NCBI GenBank assembly: GCA_951406725.2
Contig: OX597815.1
Coordinates: forward strand, 79,608,001 to 79,672,000
Length of the DNA: 64,000 nucleotides
Reading direction: 5' to 3'
DNA from: Octopus vulgaris
Lineage: Eukaryota
The translations under genes and the position numbers were made by a program. Every line of letters begins with the position of its first letter. Position 1 is the stretch's first letter. Below are positions 54,353-64,000 of the stretch, one piece after another. The notes beneath the pieces were generated by a model. The model was not told the origin of the DNA, searched no databases, and saw nothing but the letters and a program-made list of their open reading frames with translations.

Positions 54353-54697
54353 TATTATGATTTCTGCTTTCTACCCTAATGATTAAACAATGGCTTAACG
54401 CAAAGTAAAAGCGATACATCAGAAAACAATTAGGAGGTGTCATTAACCAGGAAGTGGTTTCAAATCCTTGCGGCATACCGTCACAGTTAATCGCCTTTTT
54501 GATGGCAGAAACTTGGTGAATTTGTGCGAGGATCTCTCGACTTGTGCGTGAGTCATGAGAAGTCGGTATTTCCTTTGTCTTTAGATCTCGATGGCAACTT
54601 CTAATTGCTTTCATTCAAACCAACTAAACAAACATGTTTCTGTGTATAGTTTGAATGTGTGTGCGTGTATGCATGTATGTGTATGTGTACATATGTG

Positions 54698-54728
<31 letters not shown>

Positions 54729-55090
54729 ATAATTCACATGCACACATGTCTGATAATGTCACTACTTGTGTATGTACATATATGTGTATATGTGTAGGCG
54801 TTTGAATGTATGTACATATGCGTGTGCGTATATGTACTATCTGTTTATATGTATATATATTTATAAATATGTATGTTTATGTATGTGTGTGTGTGTGTGT
54901 GTGTGCGCGCACGCGAATATATTATGAGTATTTTTTTCCCTATTGCAGTGGTTTTTAATGGAAACCACATTGCATGATCCTGGTCCCTTCGCAGTGGGCT
55001 AACGGTTTGCAACATGATTTAACTTGTGCTATAGGCTGGTCAAAGTTATATGTAAGGGCATAATTTGACTCACAAGTCATATTCTTATAA

Positions 55091-55123
<33 letters not shown>

Positions 55124-55412
55124 TTATAATGAAGAGCACAGCTTATCAATAAGATAGAATTATGTAACTTTAACTAAAAGAAAGCAATTATTTAAGGCTA
55201 CTGTCTTCAAAATTCTCAAAAAGTTTAATTTCAATGTAATACTAATCAGACACTGATTGTATGTCGTTAGCTGGCAAGAGGAGATGTTCTCCTGGGGCAA
55301 AAAACAGCAGTAGCATTTTCCTCTATGGGATCGCCACATTTAGTTGGCAAATATACTTCACGATTTCGTGCTGCTACTGATTACTTCTTGCTCGGAGATT
55401 TGATATTGTTTT

Positions 55413-55467
<55 letters not shown>

Positions 55468-55470
55468 ATG

Positions 55471-55574
<104 letters not shown>

Positions 55575-55620
55575 GTCGTGCAGCTACTGTTTATACCTAG
55601 TTCATATATTTATTATTGCT

Positions 55621-55671
<51 letters not shown>

Positions 55672-55673
<2 letters not shown>

Positions 55674-55873
55674 CGGGAAGCTTTATGAAAATAAACAAAA
55701 GACGAAGGCAGGTGGAATACAAACAAACAATTGTATTAGTATGGCGCTCAGGAATATGAATAAAACAAGTCTTTTACGTTTCGAGCCTACGCTCTTCAAT
55801 AGAAAGATACACAGAAAAGAAACACGGAGAGAAACAAGGAGAGAAAAAAATGCGTGCAGAAGCTAGCGAATCA

Positions 55874-55876
<3 letters not shown>
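55672..55876 (-). mobile_element. Family H2 hammerhead-bearing element between (TA)n tracts (motif 55770-55807)
   Basis: Minus strand tcttt-CTATTGA-A-GAGC-gtag-GCTC-GAA-ACGT-A-aaaga. Confidence 0.72.
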
Positions 55877-55935
<59 letters not shown>

Positions 55936-56040
55936 TAAAATCAAATGTGGTTTTTAAATGTCTTCTATTACTGAAATTTTCAACTCCAAAAATCTAATTT
56001 CACTTCACTGCGAGAGAGTGTTCCTTTTTTGTCTTCTCTC

Positions 56041-56087
<47 letters not shown>

Positions 56088-58039
56088 CATTTTATAAGTT
56101 TCTCTCAGCTTCTAGAAGAAAGAAAAATATATGGACTCATGTCTTAAATATTTATATTTGGAGTGGCTATTTCGTGGAAAGATGGTTTCAACGTGACTGG
56201 CTTTTCCTCATCGGCCTAGTGTTTCAAAGAAAAGTCAGCATATGTTAACATTTGGCTCTTGTTGTTTAAGTAATGTTTCGTAACCCATGAAGACATTAGT
56301 TTTCAACTGTCAGTAGTTTGATTGTTGTATTGTTATTCAAAATAATTAAAGAAGTGGGATGAGAACAATGTCAATACTGATTACAGAAACAGACTCGCTT
56401 GATATTTTAGCACAAAAAATCTCTAAAACTGCAAATGCATGTGATGGCTTTTATTAATTCTTTAAATATAAGGTCAAGCATGCATTCATTAGGAACTTAT
56501 ACACACACACACACATTTTTTCTTAAAGTTCAAAAAGCATATTACTAATGCTAACTAAATCTAAGGATAGAGGAGTAATGTGGTTAAGATGCTATTTTTG
56601 CATCTACTCAGTTTTGTATTTGGTATAATATCTTCTACTATGGACATTGGTATAATATCTTCTACCAAAACCTTAGAATGAGCAACGCATCGTAAATAAA
56701 GTAGATGGACAGAACCTAAGTAGAAGCCCTTTCGGTGAAAGACTTAATACGTTGACGGATTTAGCTTTACCACCTTTGGTGATTTTAAAATAAACCAGTC
56801 TGTTGCAGGTGTTTGATCTGAAGTTAACTTTCTCCCCCCCCCCCCCCACTAGTGTCCGAGAGTCTGGTAAAGGTAATGAGCGCTGCTTTTTCTCTCTGAC
56901 TAATTAATAAAAAAAGATGGTTTAAAACTACATGGTAATCTCGACTTTCTGGGAGTATATCTCTTGCTCTAAAGCTTTTGCTGTAGATATGAATAATATT
57001 TTCGTTCTGGTCAAGTTGCTAAAGCCCAGCGAAAGGCAGACATTTCGTATTCCGTTACCAGTGAAACACTTTATCTCTAGTCAAAACATGGCAAACAAGC
57101 ACTTGATACTCTTAGTTTTATTTCTCTCTATATAGAAATCTAAACTAATGCTGGTAACATTCACCCTCCCCGCCGACCAAATATTTGTTCTTAATACCTT
57201 TTATACGTACAACGGGCATGAACTCATTACCTTTAATATTGTAGTTAACTAGATTATCCATTCTGCCATTTCACTTTTTCATTTAGCGAAATCAAGACGA
57301 AATATTTAGGAGAAGAAAAATTAAAGAAATAAATAGGTGCTCTTTAAGTTTGTGCGGAAATTCAAATGAGCTCTTTTGTCTCTCATCTTGATAAATGGGC
57401 AAATGTATCAGCTACACACTTAAAGAAATATCGTTATTAATGAGATGATTAGAATAAGTTAGTTAATTCAGAAATTATATTTTGGGAATAATATTATTTA
57501 AAGCTTCGATTGAAACATTAAAAGGGAAATGATAACATGGCTGTAGCACGGAAATTTATAAATTTTGTTCTTAGTGCAAGTAGTAATTCAAAACAGGAAA
57601 CGGAAAATATTAACGTTTTATTTTTTAAAAATAATTTTCAATATGAATAGTTGTTAAAATTCATTTCAATACATTTTTTCAGCACTGCTTGAAAAGTTAT
57701 AAAAAAAAAAAAAGAACAGTACTATTAACATTATAGTCTTCTTGCTGGACTCAAAGTTTCTTTCTTGCTTTTCTTGAAGCAATATTTTAAAATCTTTATA
57801 TTTCTTGAGGCTGGAATTTGAAGGATTGTGAATCCAAAACTTAACTCGTACGATTTTGAATTCAGATGACTAGACACACATTATATTTGCAAGGTACTTG
57901 ATGGTATAGTAATTATATACTGACCGCTATATTTTACAGGTTGTGTTATTACCGATCTTGAAGAATTTGTGTTCTGAACATACATTTATCTTTGTATGCG
58001 TGAATCTATATAGCTATCATATGAGAAGTGAAATGTTGC

Positions 58040-58220
58040 CCATCATCATCATCAGCAGCAGCAGCCGTTCAAGAATTTGGACCTGGACATCTCCATTTCC
58101 AGCGACTTCGAGGGCCACCTCCCAGTGGTGTCAGTCGTCAACGAAGAGCCCTCGACTACAACAAGACGACCAAATATATTTTTTTCCAAGGTCTGGGGTC
58201 TCCCGCCCCTAAGCCCTAGA
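58040..58220 (-). mobile_element. Probable decayed RTE-type LINE 3' end with (GAT)n tail
   Basis: Minus strand pieces RGGRPQT-W and WEVAL-RSRWK resemble the RTE GRPxxTW / WExxAxDRxxWR motifs; followed by tgatgatgatg. Confidence 0.4.
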
Positions 58221-58569
58221 CATCACCTAATCACCCATAACCGTCTTGTTGCTTAACAACAACAACAAAAAATCATCAGCAGCAAAGTATATCCATCATT
58301 ATTTCATTCCGATGCAAAAGGCAGAAGGCTTGTCTACGCACCTACTTCAACTTGAAGTCTGACGGGTTTTTCGCTATTTTTTTTTTTTTTATTATTAGTG
58401 GTAGACAAATGAGCTGTCTTATATACAACAGTTTGCTGTGATTACGATGCCACTACGCTTATCATCACCATCTACATTCATAACACAAACGATAAGAACA
58501 ATAACTGCTAGGACTAAAAATAGTAGCTGTACCACCACCACTACCACCACCATTACTGTAACGATAAGG

Positions 58570-60520
58570 ATTTCTTCGAAACAAGGACCAGGCATTTAGA
58601 GGGAAGGTTATAATTGATTAAATGGAAATGAATATATAATATTTGTTTGAATATAATTATATCGATTGTGGAATGATGGGGAATCTGAACGTAAAGGGGC
58701 GGAAGCCAAAAGTTTAAGGCAAGCCAAAATCCTTACTACATCTATGACGTTTTCTTATAATCCCTTATACAACAATAATAATTTCTATCATAGGAACAAA
58801 GCTGCTCATATTCAAAAGTAGTAATTTTTGACTCCGACGGGATTTGAATTTAGAATTTAAGGAGACATTATTAAATATCATAAGAGATATCGCTCTATCG
58901 ATTTGGCCATCTACCATCGTTTTTATTATAACAATCATAAAAATATTTACAACTGCAAATAAACATTAATTATTTAACGGAAAAATTCGAAAGAAAGATA
59001 TTTTCAATAGTCAAGGCAAATAGAATGAATGTAAAATATGTAACGCCTGCAGAGGATTATGAACTCATAATCTTGTGTTGATAGTTGGAGAGAATCAATG
59101 AGTACAAAGTCATCCGTACGATTCCATTGCACGTCTGCACAAAGTTGTCCGACAGTGTGTCTTCCAATATAAGCAAATATTGAATTTACATTGGCATATG
59201 GTGTGTAAAACATTAATTTCTAACAGAGGTACACGACCCTATATTCTTGTGGGAATGGCGGGAGTAGATTACTTCGATACCGGAACCCGAATGGAACTTA
59301 ATTAATCCCAAAGGAGCAAAAAACTATTTCTTTTAAGTTTGAAGGATCGAAACTCAGAACATAAAGCGACATAGCTAAATACTGCGAAGCATTTATTCTA
59401 ATGCTGTCATTCTTGCATCTCTATCGATTTTAAGGTCGAGATAAAATTGATTTCTGAAACAGAAACAAAATAATACGTCTCATTGAATAAGAGACGGGAC
59501 AGTCAGAATAGTTTTGATCATATGCTGGAGCCATCATGGCCAATCTAGGGTTAAACAACAACAGCAAAAACAACAATTTCAGGCGGAAGAAAGACAAACA
59601 TCTAAATAACTCGAGACATTTGGTTTTACGTTCTTCTACTGATTCTGTCATCAAATGAACCAAGCTATCACAAGATCCTGTGTATGTATATTTAGTCGCC
59701 CATACTGTGTACGACCCAAATTCGAGAATAATGCTAATGCACCTATTTAATCTTTTATTTACAATGATTAAAAGTTATTGCCAATTACTTTAGAATATTT
59801 TAAAACGTTACAACACCAAAGAAATGTTATTGATGCAGGCACGGCGATCGCGCCTTTTGTTTACAATTACTATCGAAAATATCACAGGCCGACCGGTTCG
59901 CTGGTTTGATCTCACTCGATCACTTTGAAGTGTTAAAATAATACATAAAAGACGGATATACTGAAAGATTTTAAGGTGGAAAAATCAGTGGAGTTTTCAT
60001 TCAATCTAAGATTTTGTTCCGAGTTTGTATCCGTTACAGAAAATAAAGTTTGCTGTCTTTAGCATGTCGGTCAAAATGACCGGTCACCGTCAACAATCAA
60101 ACAGAAAAACTAGATTTTACAGCATCTGGATCGTAATGAAAAAGTATAGAATATCGCAAATTTTATCGACTGAATAAGATGAAAATTTTGTAACCATGTT
60201 TTTGTATGTAATTATATTCTATATGGGCTCATTTGTTTACAATTATATCAGGTAGCTGAACAGTCAGTTATCCAAAGAAAATATTCTTCGACCGTTTCGT
60301 TCAAATAATCAAGGTCTAAATGTATTGATTTCTAGTAAATGCATATTCCCTTTAATCTGGGGGATGAATATAGTCAATTTGAGGGACCCTAGTACACAAA
60401 TGGTTTTATTTTTAGCGACTCCGGAAAGATGAACGACAAAATGAAATTCAGCGAGAAAGTAAAGGTATGCACTGCAAGATAATTTATCTATCACAATTAC
60501 GATGCTTTTAATCTACCACC
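58570..60520 (-). mobile_element. Several very old family A SINE relics (about 58570-58750, 58770-58920, 59210-59420, 60310-60520)
   Basis: Degenerate gaatttgaactcagaac and aaggatgaa..aaa motifs. Confidence 0.5.
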
Positions 60521-60639
60521 GCTGGAAGGTTCTTATAATCAAATCAGGAAAATGATGTAGTAGAAGATGGACATAACAGAGTGTCAAATTAGATACATTG
60601 AAACAAATCAGTTCCCACCGAGATTTTTATATCCTGCTG

Positions 60640-60990
60640 GAATCAATTTAGCTTTTGTTATACATGCAAGTCATTGTTGAATGATGTAGACTTTTTCCTT
60701 TTCGGTAATTTCATTTGTGCTTTGTAAGAAATCGATGTCAAATGCTGTATTCGGTGTACTTTATCAAGTTTGAATGCACTAAATGCAGTGAATGCTATAT
60801 CAGAAGCACCACCCGACACCTACACACCTCAGATGAAGAGCATCTTCACAGACATGCCTCATCGGTCAAAAAACACCTAAAGAAATGCTGCAAGCAGATC
60901 ATCACTGTTACCATTAGGGCCATAATTCGAAATGTTAGTGACTTACGGAAAAAGAAGTCAATGCTTAACAGTCTAAACCCAACACTTGAC
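60640..60990 (+). mobile_element. Penelope-like element GIY-YIG endonuclease remnant
   Basis: SVYFIKFECTKCSECYIRSTTRHLHTSDEEHL..SSVKKHL..LR..LNPTLD matches the PLE pattern VYxIxCxxCxxxYIGxTxRxLxxRxxEH..H..PxLN. Confidence 0.8.
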
Positions 60991-61005
60991 AATATTTCCA
61001 TCAAG

Positions 61006-61209
61006 AAAGGCAGCGAGTTGGCAGAATCTTTAGCGTGGCGGGCAAAATGCTTAGCGGTATTTCGTCCATCTTTACGTTCTGAGTTTAAATTCCGCCGGAG
61101 TTGAATCTGCATTTTGGGGTCAATAAAATAAGTGCCAATTAAACACTGGGGTCGATGTAATCGACTTACCCCTACTTCGAACTTTCTGGCCTAGTACCAA
61201 AATTTGAAA
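61006..61209 (+). mobile_element. Family A SINE (tail b) with 17-bp TSD inside the Penelope remnant
   Basis: acaatatttccatcaag (60989-61005) and acaatatttccgtcaag (61210-61226). Confidence 0.9.
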
Positions 61210-61599
61210 ACAATATTTCCGTCAAGCGCATAGATTAGTCTACCCATTAAAATCTGCTCCTATTACAGCACGAACCACGATCTCAAATATCTTCACGTGC
61301 CACACACCCGTGGGTCAAAAACCAACACAAACACAAACGCTGATATTTGATGAACTTACCCCTTACTCCCTCTCTCTTTACTTGATCTTTTAGGTTGAAT
61401 TCTCAAGATTATTAAGTAATTTAAGACGAAAATTTAATTTTTCTTTTTGCTCTTAGTTGTGTTGAATTTATTCTCCATTGCATTACTGTGGCTTTCCAAT
61501 CTCTCTTTCTCTCCCCCCTCTCTCTCTGCGTGCACATCACTTAAATGCAATGTGCTTATTGTCACTACGGTGCACATTTGAAAATAAAACATGAGTCAA

Positions 61600-61930
61600 G
61601 GTCTTGTTACATTAATCGCGATCACTTCACATTCTGTTTACTCACTTCAAAGTGAAGCAGGGTTCGGCGGCGATCTATTATCTACTGACACAAGGTATAT
61701 TAGGAGCTGAAATCCACCACAAGCTTAAACTGTTTAGAAAACATTTCGTGGCTACAGTCTATCTAGAAATAGTTAGAAGCGGTGCATACATGGATCAACT
61801 ATCAGCTAAACAAATATTGTTTACGGAAGGAATAAAGAGGCTTGTGCAAAAATAAATAAAATGTGTTAAAGAGCAAAGGGATTCATTTTGAAATATGATG
61901 TAAGATTGCTATTCCTAATAAATTAATATA
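61600..61930 (+). mobile_element. Internally deleted mariner transposase relic
   Basis: N-terminal KQGSAAIYYLLTQGILGAEIHHKL fused to C-terminal FTEGIKRLVQK**KCVKEQRDSF, resembling the mariner AEIHxxL and GIxxLxxRWxKC motifs. Confidence 0.7.
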
Positions 61931-62760
61931 TTAAAAAACAATTAATGAAAAAATACCCTTCTCTTCAAGGATAATTCAACTCTTCTCTCCGGAAAGTATA
62001 GTAGATATCTCGACGTAATAACGACAAATTATTAAACATTTCAAGTTCAAACCTACAACATATTATCTAGAAGGAAACTATATTTTGTGCTACGCGAGTG
62101 ACAAATTTTGCTACAAACAGAAACAAAAATCTGTAAGTGCATTGTAGATACCTTATACACACACACGCGCACATGCACACACACACACACACACACACAC
62201 TCTGCAAATCATGAAGAAAGTGTCAACAAGCGTCTGGCACATTGCTTTTGGATACCCAATCTTGGTACAAAGCTTTGTATACACAGAAATGACAAATTCA
62301 GATGCTAAACATATTGAAATCTCTGAATGTCTTATAGAATCCTCTTATAACAAACATAAACTGCAATAACTATTATAAGTAACATTATACCCATATTCTA
62401 AGACATCGCCTCTCACTGATACAAAAAACAAAGAAAATCATTCAGTTAGATATTATTGATGAAGACACTCGCATAAATATCGTCTTTTACTAATATGTAT
62501 ATCAAACTCAAAAGATTATCTAAAAATATGATCTGAAAATAGAGTGAAACAAAATGCAAAGGGATTGAAAACAGAAGCGGCTTTATAATGAGATCACTGG
62601 AAGTGATATAGTAAGTAATATGTTAACAGGATATCGTACATATTATGTACACAGCACACAAATTATGGCATTACTAGGTACTGGACACATTACATTGAAT
62701 TTTATAAATACAATGAAAGCACACACATACACACACACACACATATGCACGTACTCACAT

Positions 62761-62814
62761 ACAAGTAAGGACACACATACAAGTAAGGACACACATACAA
62801 GTAAGGACACACAT
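62761..62814. repeat. 18-bp minisatellite, three perfect copies (acaagtaaggacacacat)
   Basis: Directly visible. Confidence 0.95.
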
Positions 62815-63204
62815 ACACTACTACAACAATAACATTACTACTACTACTACTACTACTACTAGTAGTAGTAGTAGTAGTAGAACTGCTGCTGGTGTTGATG
62901 ATGGTGATGATAGCGCCGATTTAATTGCCATAAGGGACACGTTTTTACAAGGGTTTTAACAACAATAATATAATAATGAGATCGATAATAACAATAATTA
63001 CAATAATTGGAGGAATAACAACAGCAACAACAAAAATAATGAAATTGACAACAATAGAAATATTAGCCTACTCTGTTAATATTATGTGACATATTTGCTC
63101 TTATATATAAGCGTAGGCTTCGATTTGCGCTAATGTTTAAGGAATGAAGGGGCAAGAGGAAGAAACAAAACAAAACAAATAAAAGGCAAATGTACAGAAA
63201 GTGA

Positions 63205-63331
63205 ATAATAAAATAATAATAATAATAACAACAACAACAATAATAATAATGATAATAATAATGATAATGATAATAATAATAATGATAATAATAATGATAA
63301 TAATAATAATGATAATAATGACAAGAATAAC

Positions 63332-63396
<65 letters not shown>

Positions 63397-63480
63397 GAAG
63401 AAGAAGAAGAAGAAGAAGAGAGAGAGTATGGGAAAGAAAGAAGAAAAGGATGAAAGAGGGAGAGTGAAAGAGAGAGAGAG
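63205..63480. repeat. (AAT)n/(GAT)n/(GAA)n/(GA)n microsatellite complex
   Basis: Directly visible. Confidence 0.95.
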
Positions 63481-64000
63481 AGTTAAGCAGAGGAAGCTGG
63501 ATTCATGACTTCCTTCAGAATATTTGCTTCCTTTAAGCCTCCACCACCCGAGACCTGACTATATTAGCGAAACAGAAATGTGATAAGATTGCTAGCACTT
63601 TACATTTAGAATTATCTTTGCTTGTCCATACATTTTTGGAAAGAACCCAATTACTGCTTCTGGAAATACCTTAATCGATTCCACTTAAGCATTGTAGGAG
63701 ATAATCCTAGGATTTACTTTCTAAATAAATATTTGGATCAAGATGGGATTCTATGGTTATTTAGCTATTTATTCCAATCACTTAATGTGTCCATTGCCTG
63801 CAAAAGGCAGAGGAGAAAAAAAGGTAAGGTTTTATTAAAAGTAAATTAGCTCGAGCCATTTAACGTGATATAGTTGATTGGCTGTATTGTTTTTATTCTT
63901 GTTCTCCTGGTTCTTGTTGTTATGGTGATCTTTCTCTTCTTACTTTTACTGTGCTTGTTCTTATTGTTTTTGAATATATTGTTTGGTGGTGGAAATGGAG

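Noticed and set aside
57940-58255. Possible host exon (HHHHQQQQPFKNLDLD.. or ..RQRRALDYNK.. frames after ttttacag)
   Set aside because: Both attractive frames have a stop just upstream without a good acceptor, and the minus strand fits an RTE 3' relic; RNA-seq would settle it.
59815-60100. piggyBac-like subterminal motif (cggtcaaaatgaccgg); similar hint at 33050-33300
   Set aside because: No paired TTAA-bounded TIRs could be identified.
62835-62880. (CTA)n(GTA)n perfect hairpin
   Set aside because: Simple microsatellite strand switch with no sign of function.

Overview
Eukaryotic, very AT-rich, microsatellite-saturated non-coding DNA. It is most likely from an octopus or other coleoid cephalopod; this is inferred from the tRNA-derived SINE families and repeat landscape, not proven. 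I see no intact host protein-coding gene, rRNA or true tRNA, and nearly all listed ORFs are translations of microsatellites. The window is a mosaic of decayed mobile DNA: more than 20 copies of one tRNA-derived SINE with a Meta/MESC-like core and several 3' tails, CORE-like and V-like SINEs, 5'-truncated CR1-type and RTE-type LINE ends, (AAT)n-associated R4/Dong-type RLE retrotransposons, a Penelope GIY-YIG remnant, a non-autonomous Helitron, Tigger/hAT-type MITEs, a deleted mariner and a 100-N assembly gap. The most interesting signal is six ~200-bp elements in two related families, each ending in a (TA)n tract. Each carries a minimal Penelope-type type-I hammerhead ribozyme fold with a palindromic ACGT stem III (ATGT in one copy), and one family consistently has a non-canonical CUGUNGA core. 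There are also large AT-rich foldback palindromes near 48.4-50.3 kb and several unique motif-dense islands that could be enhancers.
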